64,000 bases of DNA from Octopus sinensis (lineage: Eukaryota). The stretch is taken from contig NC_043007.1 of the NCBI RefSeq assembly GCF_006345805.1, positions 44,516,001 through 44,580,000 on the forward strand, written 5' to 3'. Under the pieces are notes generated by a model that saw only the letters and a list, made by a program, of their open reading frames with translations, was not told the origin of the DNA and did not search any database. Of the stretch, positions 25,121 through 39,109 are shown piece after piece. The position numbers and the translations under genes are program-made. Position 1 is the stretch's first letter, and every line of letters starts with the position of its first letter.

Positions 25121-25234
25121 TATCACCATCACCATCATCATCATCATCATTCTGTTGTACAACCAACATAAATCAAGTTGCATTTTGTGCATTCTGCTGC
25201 ATACACCAAATGGGAATCTCTAAGTTTCCCACTA

Positions 25235-25520
25235 AGATTCCCATATGTGACAGAATGCAAGGAACACAACTTGATTTATGTTGGTTGTGCAACACAACAA
25301 TTAAACAAAAGATTTAATGGGCACAGATTTGATGTCAGGCACAATAACAGCAGTTCGAAGGAAAGTCCCGTTCATTGTGCAACAATGTGAGTCAAGTCAA
25401 TTCCATCAGGAATCATAACAGAGATTCCCATTTGGTGTATGTGGCAAAATGTATGAAGCACAACTTGATTTATGCTGGTTGTATAACGGAACAATTAAAC
25501 AAAAAATTTAATAGGCACAG
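25235..25520 (+). pseudogene. Two tandem Penelope GIY-YIG fragments
   Basis: CKEHNLIYVGCATQQLNKRFNGHR and CMKHNLIYAGCITEQLNKKFNRHR. Confidence 0.65.
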
Positions 25521-25572
<52 letters not shown>

Positions 25573-25694
25573 CATATTATCAATAATATTAATACGCCAA
25601 CATGTTCTTTCTGTACATATGTATCTGGGGTGTGTCATACTTACTTCAAAGAAAGAAGTGAGTGGCAAAACGAGAGAGAGGAGGATGGAGAGGA

Positions 25695-25749
<55 letters not shown>

Positions 25750-26539
25750 CAGTGAATGGTGATGGTGTTTGTTTCATGTTTTTAAATGTTTTAGAGAGGA
25801 AGTAAGAGAAAAAAGAGAGAGTGAGAGAGAAAATGAAAGAGACAGTGATTGGTGATGGCATTTGTTTTGTGTTTTTAAGTGTTTATCACATCACAAGAAA
25901 AGTAGATACATAGATCAAAGTAAAAGTTCATACATAGATACATATACACATTGTTAAATTAAAAGCGGGAGAGAGGTGGGGCACAAAGGAAGTGAAAGAG
26001 AAAGAGAGAAAGAGAGAGAGACTGTAGATACATAGACACAGCAAATATTGGATGTCATTTTCACTTTTCCTTACCACACGAGGATAAAATTAACTCACAA
26101 GTGGCTGAGTACTCCACTGGCATGCATATCATTAATGTAGTTCTTAGAGAGATTCAGCCTCACACAGAATATGACAACGCTGGCCCCTTTGAATTACTGC
26201 TACAGCTCTTTTTGGCCAGCTGAGTGGACTGGAGCAAGATAAACCTTCCAATGGTTGGAAGAAAACGGAAAAAGATCCTATATAGGGACAGGAAAATCTT
26301 TTTTGTTGTTAGGGTCACTATGGGAGTTAATCTGGTCCTAACAGTGGTCTCACAGATCAGGAGGCCAATCCCCTAGATAAACACAGGTGTGTTGACTTTT
26401 GTTATCAAACTGAGAGTGAGTCAAGGGTGAATACCCGATAGAATAGCAATTATTTCTTCATAGCTTTCACTGCTTATACTAAATGCATGACATTTCTGCC
26501 TTACGATATGGAACATTTCCTTTCTTTTCACTCTTTTTA

Positions 26540-26868
26540 AAAAATGGCACTCCGTCAATTACTATGATGTGGTTCCTGTTTATCTGATCAATGAACAGTC
26601 TCCTTGCAAAGTTAATGTGCAAGTGGCTGAGTACTCCACAGACATGCATACCATAAGGTAGTTCTCAGGGAGAGTCAGCATCACACAGAATGTGACAAGA
26701 CTGGCCCCTTTGAATTACAGCTTCAACTCATTTTTGCCAACTGAGTGGACTGCAGCAAGGTGAAGTAGAGTACCTTGCTCAAAAACACAGCACACCACAG
26801 GGAATCGTGCTCATGACTTTGCTATTGTAGGCCGAATACCCCTAACCACTGAGCCATGCACTTTCACT
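26540..26868 (-). mobile_element. Family B SINE (module 2); partial second copy at 26090-26240
   Basis: Reverse complement of 17592-17906. Confidence 0.8.
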
Positions 26869-27384
26869 CTCTTAATCGTAAAGAAAAGGAGTCAAGTGAC
26901 AGAGACAGAGAAAAGAAAGCAACAGTCATTTACAATGAGAATTAGACTGAAACAGAATTGATCTTTTCTAGCGTCTTTACTTTTAATAACGAAGAAGAGG
27001 GAAAGACATTTAGTAATGAATAAAGGGAAAGTCTTTCAGGCGTTTACATTTTTATTCTAGGAGTTCTAGTATGACTGACTGTTAGTTATTTCTTCTTTCC
27101 CCCACCCCTGTACTTATTCACCTTCTTTCATAGTTCTTCATGTCTTTTAGTTGGGTGGGAGAGGATACCATGTTTTTTCCAGGCCTGTTTAACGTTTTCC
27201 TTTACAAATTACAAACAAGCCCCCACCTCCTTCCCTTTTTTTTTTTTATACAAAAACTAATGCAAATTTTGAATGGGATATAGCTGTGAAAAGAGCCCAG
27301 AAATTGGGTCATACTCACTACAAAATGGGTAGTGGAGAAATGTTGCCAACAGGTAGCAACACAAAATTCAACTCTATACTTTAA

Positions 27385-27461
27385 AGAGTTTCTTCTATTT
27401 TAGCCTCGGGCTGATCAAAGACTCGTGAGTGAATTTGGTAGATCGAAGCTGAAAGAAGCCC

Positions 27462-27501
<40 letters not shown>

Positions 27502-27502
27502 A

Positions 27503-27556
<54 letters not shown>

Positions 27557-27970
27557 GCCAGTGGCACATAAAAAAGCACCCACTACACTCTTGGAGTGGT
27601 TGGCATTAGGAAGGGCACCCATCTGTAGAAACATTGCCAGATCGGGCTGGAGCCCGGTGCAGCCTTCTGGCTCACCAGCCCTCAGTCAAACCACCTGACT
27701 CATGCCAGCATGGAAAGTGGACGTTAAACGATGACGACGACGATGATGATGTATATATTTATGTGTGTGTTTGTGTTTGTCCCTGCTCACCATTGTTTGA
27801 CAACCGATGTTGGTATGTTTGCCTCCCTGTAACTTAGCTGTTTGGCAGAAGAGACTGATAGAATAAGCACCAGGCTTACAGGGAATAAGTCCAGGAGTTG
27901 ATTTCTTCGACTAAAGGGCAGTGTTCCAGCATGGTTACTATCAAATGACTGAAACAAGTAAAAGAAAAGA
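27385..27970 (+). mobile_element. Family C SINE with an RTE tail (27555-27750) inside its internal (TA)n
   Basis: SINE 5' part to 27465, (TA)n, RTE tail ending gacgatgatgat, then SINE 3' part ending tgactgaaacaagtaaaaga. Confidence 0.8.
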
Positions 27971-28108
27971 AGAATACCAGAAGAACTTTCTGTACCAATA
28001 AACCAAGAAGATTCTTTGAATATGTTTGATGTATTTTAGGCTAAATAGTCATTTTATTTATGTCTGCACAACAAATATTTTGGTTGGATTATGTAGTTAT
28101 CAGTTTTA

Positions 28109-28440
28109 TGAATCCAGGTAAAAAAGCCACAGGTAAAAAAGTCACAGGGGTTTTGTCTGGAGAAGGGGTGGCATCTGAAGGGGTTTTGTCCTAGGGAGGT
28201 TTTGCCCAGATCCCATAAATCAATTGCAACTTTTTTTCCTGTGACATTATTACCGGCCACCATAAATTAATTGCAACTTTTTTTCCTGTGACATTATTAC
28301 CGGCCACCATAAATTAATTGCAACTTTTTTTCCTGTGACATTATTACTGGCCACCATAAATTAATTGTCCCTTTTTTCCTAGGCAAAATTTTGACTTCAC
28401 TTCTGTGACATATTTTTTCCTGAAACTTTATTACCATTCA
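28109..28440. mobile_element. MULE-like MITE with internal 46-bp tandem repeat
   Basis: Ends tgaatccaggtaaaaaag / ctttattaccattca; 9-bp near-TSD tcagtttta / ccagtttta; three copies of cataaattaattgcaacttttttcctgtgacattattaccggccac at about 28214-28367. Confidence 0.65.
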
Positions 28441-29991
28441 CCAGTTTTACACTTCTTTCTTTATTCTGTAACTGTCACAATATAGAAACATTTCTCATGG
28501 CACCAGCACACAATTTATAGATTCTTACATTTTTTACGGGTTCAGCTAGTTACATATTATTACATATATCGTCTGTGAATAGGATTATCATAATGGCTAT
28601 AAAGTAAACTTTGCTTTAATATAAAACTTACATGGAGAGCTTTCCTACTCATTAGGCACTTAGTTTGCAGTGGCATGGTTCCTGATTTGATCCTATTGTA
28701 TGGTACCTTGGTCAAGTGTCTACTACCATTATCTCAAGTTCACCAATATCTTGTGGCTTATATTTATTTGATGCAAACTGAACAAAAAGCCATTGTATAT
28801 AACTAATAACAATTCCAGAACATCAGAGATTGATAGTAAAGAAAGAATCAAGAAACTTATGAAGAGCATTATAAATTGTTTTAGCAATTCATGCCACCTA
28901 GGAAAGTAATAGCATCTCAGAAACATTGTTGGAGAGCTGGTGATTACATGAATGATATCTTTCACAGATATATAGCTGTTTTGATTCTATCTTGCATGCT
29001 TAACAGCTTCACTATTTCTTTTTGTTCAGGAGGTATTTAATCGCCAAATCTTGTTCTTCAATTGCAAAGGAATATATTTTGAAATGTGATATGATATAAT
29101 GGTCTCTGTCCAAGTGAAGTCACACTTCTTGACAAAAGAATAATGTTTCTAGCTTAGGCAAAAGGTGAGCAATTTTGAGGGAAGAAAAGGTGGGGATTTG
29201 GCAAAATTGTTACTGCACTGAGAAAAATGCTTAGTGGCATTTTGTCTGTCTTCATGTTCCCAGTTTGTGCCAAACTTTGAAGTCAATACTAAGGGAAGGA
29301 GTTTAGCTGATACTATCAACCCCACTACTTGATTGTTACTTTCTTTTATCAACCCTGTAAAGATGAAAGGCTGGAATTGAAGTCAGAATATAAAAAATTA
29401 AAGAAATACAAGGTATTTTTTCTGATGCTTTAATGATTCTGCATTAGTCAATATGATATAACATAATTTTCATATTTTTGTGAAACATATTTATTATAAA
29501 CTTTTGCTTGTATGCAGAATCTTGCCAGGTCATTGTTGAAAGTAAACATATCTGGTAATTCATTGAATTCTGTAAAAACCTTCAGGTTCTGAGTTCTTGA
29601 ACAATTCACTCTTGACTTGCAAAATACTGCTCTCCATATTTTTCAAAAATTTGGTTAATGCATTAATGTGAGAGGAATGGTTGAGATAGTGAGAAAGGGA
29701 ATAGGAATGGCGATTATCTATCTCAACCATTAATTCTATACCCTTCATACAAACTAACATAACAGATTGCCATTCACAACACCCTCCCCTCTTGCTCCTA
29801 CCTTCCACCTCTACTGCTATAACTCCCTACTAGCCTCCTTATTAACTCCTCACTCCTGAAATTTATCTTCTCCTCTCACTATTCCCTATCTGAATACTTC
29901 CCCAATCCCCCACCTCTAATACACTTTGCTCTCCACAAAATCATTCCTTCTTTGAACTTCTTTCCTTTAACACCTCAAATGTAAGATCTCT

Positions 29992-30082
29992 TCCCTGAAG
30001 ACAAAGGCATGTCTCATCCTACAATGGAATCAAACTACAAACATTATTTTGGACCCCTGAGCCCCCAGAAACAGCTGTTGGA
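29992..30082 (+). ncRNA. Hammerhead-like motif with expanded stem II region
   Basis: tcc-CTGAAGA-(about 65 nt)-GAAA-cagctg-TT-gga. Confidence 0.4.
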
Positions 30083-30274
30083 TTTTTAATACTTTGCTTC
30101 AACCCCTTATATTCTCTATATTATTTGTATTCTGTGTAAGTCAGACTTTTTCATATGTTAACATGCATATATTTTTTGTATTTCATATATATAATATACT
30201 CTATATACTGATCTGCCTAACTTGATTATCCCTTCATTTACTTCTCTCTCTCTCTTTTTCTGTCTGTCTGTCTG

Positions 30275-30346
<72 letters not shown>

Positions 30347-30824
30347 ATATACACACACATACACATACACACATAAATTCATTCATATGTACATACATAT
30401 GTACATACACATATGTATACATACACATGGTTTGGTGGTGTTTTGAGATGGTTCTGCAATTTCTTTCTGAACAACCTGTTCTGATGAGTTATTTACAGTG
30501 ATCAAATGTTTGTGCTGCACTTTAGTTCACTTCCTTTATCAAACTGACATTACCTGTACAGGTGCACAGAGTATACCATAAGTCAAATGTCAAAGTAATT
30601 GCAGAGCAACATGAAGGGAAGTGTCTTGTTCAAGAACACAAGGCACTCCCTGGTCTGGAATCAAAGCCACCAACTCAAGATCATAAGTGCAACTATCCCC
30701 CGCCCACACCATGCACCCTCACCTATGTACATACACACATACATACACATGCATTCATACATAAACACATACACACACATACATATATACATATATATAT
30801 ATGTGAGTGTGTGTGTGTGTGTGT

Positions 30825-31072
30825 GGAGGCGTGTGGTTTAATGGTTAGGGTGTCAGCATCATGTTCATAAGATTGTGGTTTTGATTCCTGGACCGGGTGA
30901 CGTGTTGTATTCTTGAGCAAAACACTTCATTTCACGTTGCTCCAGTCCACTCAGCTGGCAAAAATGAGTAATGCTGCGATGGACTGGCGTCGTGTCCAGC
31001 TGGGGTACACATATGCCATAGAAACCGGGAAACCGAGCCCATCAGCCTAGTTAGGCTTTAAAAGGACACATT

Positions 31073-31075
<3 letters not shown>
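30825..31075 (+). mobile_element. Family B SINE (3' module 3)
   Basis: Same head and ttcttgagcaaaacact...ccactcagctggcaaaaatgagt block, different tail (gcgatggactggcgtc...gaaaccgggaaacc). Confidence 0.75.
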
Positions 31076-31121
<46 letters not shown>

Positions 31122-31145
31122 TAAGTACCAACATACATACATATA

Positions 31146-32457
31146 TGGAGTAGGCCAAAAATCATACATAGATAAGTTCAATATGCTCTAGGATTGTCGA
31201 AGACATGCTTAAAGTTTTCTAAAATTGAATAAACTAAATAATGATGAATACACACATACTTGTACACGATGAACACTGAAAATGCTCAGAGACCAACTTC
31301 CGCCAGATTCCAGGGAGAAAAACTAGAAGTAGTTGATAGCTTCCATTACCTAGGTGACCAAGTCAGTAGCAGAGGCGGGTGTGCTGAAAGTGTAACAGCT
31401 AGAGTAAGAATATCCTGGGCAAAGTTCAGAGAGCTCTTACCTCTGCTGGTGACAAAAGGCCTCTCGCTCAGAACAAAAGGCAGACTGTATGATGCATGTG
31501 TACAAATGGCCATGCTACATGGCAGTGAAACATGGGCTGTGACTGCTGAGGATATGCATAAGCTCGCAAGAAATGAAGCCAGTATGCTCCGATGGATGTG
31601 TAATGTCAGTGTTCATACTCGACAGAGTGTAAGTACCTTGAGAGAAAAGTTGGACCTATGAAGCATCAGTTGTGGTGTGCAAGAGAGACGTTTGCACTGG
31701 TATGGTCATGTAGCGAGAATAGATGAAGATAGTTGGTGAAAAAGTGCCACATCATGCCGGTTGAGGGAACCTGTGGAAGAGGTAGACCCAGGAAAACCTG
31801 GGATGAGGTAGTGAAGAACGACCTTCGAACTTTAGGTCTCACCGAGGAAATAACCAGAGACCGAGACCTTTGGAAGTATGCTGGGCGTGGGAAGACCCGG
31901 CAGGACACGTGAGACCATAACCCGTGGTCTCCACCTGGGACGTAGCTAGCCCACTTATGCATACCTTTCCTTCTTGTGACACAAACCCTATGTGTGAAGA
32001 CCTGTTGAGGCAAGTGAAAATCGAAATCGAAATCTTTCAACATCAATGGAAATTGTAGCTGAGATACCAGTGCCGGTGGCACGTAAGAGAACCATCCGAA
32101 CATGGATGTTGCCAGTGCCGCCACGACTGGCCTCCGTGCCGGTGGCACGTAAAAAGCACCATCTGATCGTGGCCGTTTGCCAGCCTCGTCTGGCACCTGT
32201 GCAGGTGGCACATAAAAAGCCCCCACTACACTCTCGGAGTGGTTGGCGTTAGGAAGGGCATCCAGCTGTAGAAACACTGCCAGATCAGACTGGGCCTGGC
32301 GCAGCCTTCTGGCTTCCCAGACCCCAGTTGAACCGTCTAACCCATGCAAGCATGGAAAACAGACGTTAAACGATGATGATGATGATGATGATGAATAAAA
32401 ATGATGTAATATAAAAAAATGTCAAATGTTTTGGTGCATGTCTTTTAGCCCACTCTG
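31146..32457. mobile_element. Tc1/mariner-type MITE interrupted by an RTE fragment
   Basis: Inverted ends tatggagtaggccaaaaatcat / catgtcttttagcccactctgta with TA flanks. Confidence 0.5.
31260..32393 (+). mobile_element. RTE 3' fragment (same family as 18686-21617)
   Basis: EKLEVVDSFHYLGDQ...LHGSETWAV, 3' UTR and (GAT)n tail. Confidence 0.92.
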
Positions 32458-32824
32458 TATACACACACATTCATAAATTCAACCACATAGATATATACAC
32501 ACACACAATCACATACATACCTCATGGCTGTTAACTTGTAGATAACTATGACCCTGACTGACAAATTATCTCTAGATATTAAAGACAATGTCTGTCAGCA
32601 AGACCTGTGCTGAAATTTAAAGTCAATAACAGCTTACACAACTTCATTAAGACTCTTTGTTGGTGTGTTTATATTCCTGTTTCTTAACAGTTTGACATAA
32701 GACACTGATAGAATAATTACCAGGCTTAAAAAATAAGTCCTGGGGTTGAGCCATTTGACCGAAAATTCTTCAAGGCAGTGCCCTAACATGGCCACAGTCT
32801 AATGACTGAAACAAGTAAAAGATA

Positions 32825-32865
<41 letters not shown>

Positions 32866-33069
32866 TATGTACATGTGTGTGTGTGTATGTTAGCATTAAA
32901 CATGTACTGGATCTATTTGAAAGCATCAACTTTCAATGTCTCCATCCTGAATGCATTCAACACCTGTGACTGACATCTCTTGTGCTGTTTTTTCAATTCA
33001 CTTTGCTGCTTGTAGCAACCTTTCATAACTTTCTATGTCACCACTCTTTCAAATAAGTACAAGGTAGAT

Positions 33070-35577
33070 AAACTGGCATTCCGTCAGTTACAATGACAAG
33101 AGTTCCAGTTGATCCAATCAATGGAACAGCCTGCTTGTGAAATTAATGTGCAAGTGGCTCTGCTCTCCACAGACATGCATACTGTTAATGTAGTTGTCAG
33201 GGAGTGGAACTCTTTTTCTGCATTGAACTACAATGCCCAAACTGGCTGGAATTTTATGACTATACTTCAGAACATCCTGGACTCAATATGGATAGCATGT
33301 GCAGCTTCAGTACCAGGTAAGCACAAAAAACATCTCAAAAGTGCCATTTGGGAGACTGCAGCAGTCAGACTTGCCAGGAAAGAATGTCATAATGCTGCAT
33401 AAATTAGATATAAAAAGGAAAAAGCACAATAAATTATATAACCATCTCAAATGGGTGACAAAAAGGGCAGTGCATAGCAACCAACCCTGACAGTAAGGTG
33501 TTCTGGAAATTTGTACATTTAAAGCAGAAACCTCACTCTCCAGTTGGTCCTCTTCGCAATTCCCACACAAAAGAAATTACTGATGATCCCAAAGAATGTG
33601 CAAAACTCATTGCTGAATGCTATGCAGGCATTTTTACTGTTGAAAACCAAAAACGTACCATCTCCACCACCTCTGACACTATATTCTATAACAACTATGG
33701 AATTTATAGCTATACCTCTCCTGGACTTGATAGTGTTATAACAACTATGGAATTTATAGCTATACCTCTCCTGGACTTGATAGTGTTATGTATCTGCTTC
33801 TTAAATGTGGTGGGTACTTTCTTCTGCACCAGTTTTCACTCTTTTTTTACTTCTGTCTTAATAACAGTGTTACTCTAGAGCAGTGGAAATCTGCAAGTGT
33901 CATTCCTCTGATCAAAAAGGGTGATCACATGTTGCCTGTCAACTATCATCCAGTCAGTCTTACTAGCTGCATTGCCAAACTGATAGAATCCTGTGTCAGA
34001 GAAACATACTGGAACTTCTAGAATTCTCACAGCCTTATCTGGCCCTTGCAATTTAGATTTATCCCTAACTCCAGCTTCTGTGATCAACTTATTAAGTTTC
34101 TTGAAGACACTACCTAGGTTACTGATGGTGACTCATAGGTGGATGTTGTTTACCTTGACTTTGCTAAAGCTTTTAATTCTGTGCCTCACAAAAGATTTAT
34201 GGCAAAACTCTCTGCAATGGGTATGAAAGATAATCTTTTTAACTGGTTGGAGTCTTTCATTCTCAGCCAAAAAGAGGTAGTCACAGTTCTAGGACTGCAT
34301 TCTTCACCCTATGAAATGTCATCTGGTGTACCACAGGGATCTGTTCTTGGTCCCCTTTTGTTTGTAGCATACATTAATGACATATATGCCAACTTAAAGA
34401 ATGCCACAGTGCTGAAATATGCAGATGACATCAAGCTGTACCTTGAGATAAAAAGTACAGATCCTGAACACTATAGATCTTTCCTGCAATCAGACCAAGA
34501 CACAGTGCAACAATGGATCATGGATTGGCAACTCAAGCTGGCTGTGAATAAGTGTACCACCATGTATTTTGGGAGGAAAATCCCAGCGTCCACATACTCT
34601 CCACAACACAAATATCAAGAAATCCTCTTGTGAACATGACCTGGGCAATACTGTCATCAGCGATTTGCACTGGACAAAGCACATCTCTAAAATTGTCAAG
34701 AAGGCCGAGGGTGTCTTGGCATCACTCAGCAAGACCTTTGTCAGCCACTCTCCCATGCTATTTAAGGCTGTATATGGCTATGGTGCATCCACACTTAGAA
34801 TTTGTACCACCAGTCTGGAACCCCTTTCTGGCTCAGGACATTGACCTCCTGAAAACTGTTCAGAGATGTGCAACCAAGCGAACACCCTCCATCAGGTATC
34901 TACCATACTCTGAATGCCTTACTTCCCTGGGCATAGATACATTGAAGCTCCGACATCTGGCAACTGACTTGGTAAACATCCACAAAATTATTAGTCATCG
35001 TGCCAACAACAACTGTGAGCACCTTTTTGAATTCCATGTGTCTAACACACATGAGCATGCCTACAAAGTCAGAAAACAGTACAGCTCCCATGACTTTTGG
35101 AAACATTTTTTCACATTCAGAGTTGCTGAAGCATGGAACAAACTGCTTGTATAAGTTATTAGGTGCTGAGACATTGCAGCTTTTAAAACCTCCATGCTTC
35201 CTGAAATTCACCAACACTACTCTTGATAACCTCCCGCTCCATAGGCATGCACACATGTATATCATGACTCATACATTGTTCTTTCCTGACTTTTGTACAT
35301 AATTCTCTGTACTATACATGCACCTTTGATGAGTTGTAGTGTACCTGAGCGTTATACACAGTAATTTCATTATTATTATTATATTCAGCATGACACAGAA
35401 TGTGACAAGGCTGGCTCTTTGAATTTCTGGTACAACTAATTTTTGCCAGCTGAATGGATTGGAGCAATATGAAATAAAGTGTCTTGCTCAAGAACATAAC
35501 ACACTGCCAGGAATCGAACTCATAGTCTTACAGTCATGAGCTGAATGCTCCTAACCAATTAGCCACAAGCCTTCACA
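33070..35577 (-). mobile_element. Family B SINE split by the CR1-like LINE
   Basis: 33070-33204 and 35382-35577 join as gggag|attcagcatgacacag, matching the intact copy at 26540-26868. Confidence 0.8.
33205..35381 (+). pseudogene. CR1-like LINE, 5'-truncated and frameshifted RT
   Basis: SPGLD, NYHPVSLTSCIAKLIE, DVVYLDFAKAFNSVPH, SGVPQGSVLGPLLF, YADDIKLY, RVAEAWNKL; (ATT)n tail. Confidence 0.9.
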
Positions 35578-36282
35578 CAATTAAATAACACTATCTCTAA
35601 GAAAACATAATGGCCATGGTTTCAATATCTTTGCTTATACATCTGTTCAAGGACTGGCTCAGGTTAAACAATATCAACCAACCTATACACCAGTATACAT
35701 TGCCTATGCTTAATCAAGATACTAGCAGAGAAAAATTCTCTCTTATAAGGCTTAGATACTTTTTCTACTCCTTCACACACATTGGCTGTTTATTAACATT
35801 AGCAGCTGTTATGAGACTTGGAAGTCAAATCTTGCCCAACAACAGGAATGGTTATTGTGGATATTAAAATTAGAAACAGTCATTTGCCAAGATTAATTAC
35901 ACTCTAGACTCTGGACTCTGGACTTTTGCTTTAGCTAATTTTAAACAATATCCTATCTGGTATGGCTATTGCACTGAAGTAAAAGTATATTGGGGTTCAT
36001 CAATATATTAAATAATTGAGATTTTAAATTTTGAGAATATGTTTTTGTAGTATTTATTAAATTTGGCCAAAGTTAAGAAATTTTCTACCTCATACCTTGT
36101 TGAGCATTTTTGTTTAGGACAAACCAATGTAGAACTTATTAGAATGTGTGGAGACAAATTACGGATTGTTTGTTGGGATGACATCATGCAATAAATATTA
36201 AAACAGATGGTAATCTGAGACTTTGTGAGGAAAAGAAGTTGCCATTAATTTATAGTAAGCTGTTTATCATTGATAGATAAAA

Positions 36283-36471
<189 letters not shown>

Positions 36472-36579
36472 TACTGATGTAGGGACATATAAACATTAGC
36501 TATATAAACAATAAATGGCTACATGATACAGGAGTATCCATGTCTCAGTCTGAATGTATAATAGATATGTGTGTGTATA

Positions 36580-36610
<31 letters not shown>

Positions 36611-36954
36611 TATGTGCATATGTATACACGTGCATATAATGTATGTATGTACACACATAGACATTTACTCACACACACACACATTTATTCACATATACAC
36701 ACACACACACATACACATGTATATGGAGAAAGAGATACAGAGAGTGTGTGTGCAAGAGAAAGAGGGAGAGAGAGAGAAGGAGAGAGAGGGGAGGAAAGCA
36801 AGAAGAAAAGATAGTGTTATACAAAGTAAAGTATTTAGGCACACAAATGCACTCATGCATGTACATAGATACATGTACACACACACACACACATAGATAC
36901 TTGATATCCAGACTAATATGAATTTATATATTAAGTTCTTTCTAATTATCTCTT

Positions 36955-36996
<42 letters not shown>

Positions 36997-37064
36997 CATA
37001 CATATATAGAATACACACACACACACATAGATAGATAGACACACACACACATATATATATATAT

Positions 37065-37962
37065 AACTAATATAGGATAAAATTTTTTTCGGGAAAAATT
37101 TTTTTATCAATGACCAGCATATCAAAAAATACCTTTAAAGGTTAAATTTATAAATAACTAGCAGTATCGCCCGGCGTTGCTCGGATTTGTAAGGGAAATA
37201 ACTATATAAGCATTTTTAGAGAGTTACTTCCTTTATAGATGCCAATTCGAGCTTTCTTAGCCATTTCTGTTTTGGTGTCTTCAAGCCATGAAGTCGTTGT
37301 TCTAAAAGAACGCTGGTCTCCTTGACAACGCATTACAACATTGATTTCCTTACACTCCCTTCCCCACAGCTTCACGAGGGAGGGAAGAGGGGGGAGAAGC
37401 AAACACAGGTGCAGGTGTTTGAGCGTGGACGCCAACTCCGCCGCCATCGACACACGAAAAATTATGCATTAAAATGGAATAAAAAATTATGTTAAATTAT
37501 TTTTAAAATCGTAGACTCATCATAGACGCGCGCTAATAGCCAGACGGGCTCGATATGAATCACGACTATAAGATACCCGAATTTGGTTAAACTGCACCGC
37601 AAAATGTGGGAGGAGTTAGGAATCTAAATCGTAGGAGACAGACACTCACACAACTACAGTTTTATATATATAAGGATTACAAGATAAGGGCAAAAGAAAA
37701 ATTCTAATGCCAAATATGTTGAAAAAAAGACAAAACTTTTCAATAACCATTATAATTTATGCGTCTCGAAACAAACCGATAGAAATTTCTTAAAAATTCG
37801 TTATTACCATATTGGTCCAATTTCGAGGTTAATTAATAAGAAATTTTCCCCTCTTCAGCGGCAAATACGCGAAATATAAGTGAAATACTTACTCATACCC
37901 ATGGAAAAAGCAAACACCAAGTCCTGAGCAGACCTAAGTACCCCAAATATATCCAAAATAGA
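37065..37962 (-). mobile_element. Penelope pLTR-like unit with hammerhead motif, interrupted by the Helitron
   Basis: Minus-strand CTGAAGA-gggg...cctc-GAAA at 37821-37858; 37685-37860 is the reverse complement homologue of 48645-48835. Confidence 0.55.
37158..37676 (-). mobile_element. Non-autonomous Helitron
   Basis: Minus strand starts TCcttatatatataaaa, ends ccgagcaacgccggg hairpin then CTAG; inserted between A and T with no TSD. Confidence 0.85.
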
Positions 37963-37983
37963 AATATATATATATATTATATA

Positions 37984-38032
<49 letters not shown>

Positions 38033-38033
38033 A

Positions 38034-38390
38034 TTAATAGTTGTCGCCAAGCTAACATGGTAGTCCAGATATATAGGACAAATGCTGCCGTTGATTAGCT
38101 CCAAGAGGTCATCGCCCCTAGCTAGCTATGTGACACACAAACCTGTGTCCATTATAACCTTTGAATAGGGTAGGTCAGCAGCAGCTTCTCCTTGCTGGTT
38201 TGACATCCACAGACTAGTTTCGGAGTAGTTGCCTCCTATCAATGTGAAGTAGCCAAATCCAGCAGGCGTCGCTGCTGACCGACTGTTTGAAGGATTATTT
38301 ACCTAAATTCAGTGCAATATATCCACTGGTTTTCAAACATAGAAATATCATTATTTCTAATTCTCTCTAAAGGAGACTATGGCAGTGGTT
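38034..38390 (-). mobile_element. Hammerhead-bearing partly palindromic element (same family as 61126-61610)
   Basis: Starts ttaatagttgtcgcca at (TA)n; minus-strand ttcaca-TTGATAG-gagg...ctcc-GAAA-ctag-TC-tgtgga at 38206-38248. Confidence 0.65.
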
Positions 38391-38915
38391 GAGCTGTCTG
38401 CGATGTTCTTATGTCTGCAGTAGAAGCAGCATTGCAAGAATGCCAAAGCACACATTGTTCATTTGTCTCACTTGCCCACAAGGAATGCAAAACGGAAACA
38501 ATTTGTTGGTTTTCTACCAATGTGACTCTTGCTTTATCGAGGCATCCTATCGAAAATCTGTAATTGAATGTAAACCAGAAAACTTCAGATGGGATATAGG
38601 GTTTGGCAATATGCAATGTTGACTGATTAAGAAGCAAAATTTGTGGATGAATAAGCTACCACAACTGACTAAATAGTGGTTTTTTAAGAATGTAACTGAT
38701 GAATTTGATCTGTAAAATTTGTGAAAGTCATAAGAAGAATTTGCCAAAATATCGTTCAATTATGCTTACTGATAAAAAAATAACTCGTAATTTGAAATGT
38801 TAATACTAATATTCCTTCTTCATGAAATGGAATTAAAGAATAAATAATAGGCATGTACATGTCAAATGAAATGAGTCACATGTAGTGCACACTCTAGTGA
38901 AATTGCTCTCCCCTT

Positions 38916-38994
<79 letters not shown>

Positions 38995-39109
38995 TATATA
39001 TATGTATGTATGTATATATATATATATATATATAAACAAACAGTTATAACCTTTAAAGGTATTTTTTAATATGCTGGCCATTGATAAAATGTTTTTCGAA
39101 AATATATAT

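Noticed and set aside
26343-26442. Faint minus-strand resemblance to 5S rRNA or a SINE3 head
   Set aside because: Similarity too weak to support by eye; a cmsearch with the 5S model would settle it.
28214-28367. Direct repeats resembling a CRISPR array (also 18868-19145)
   Set aside because: Units are head-to-tail with no unique spacers, no cas genes are present and the context is eukaryotic.
38389-38760. Cys-containing 77-aa ORF and neighbours
   Set aside because: No recognisable family or splice structure.
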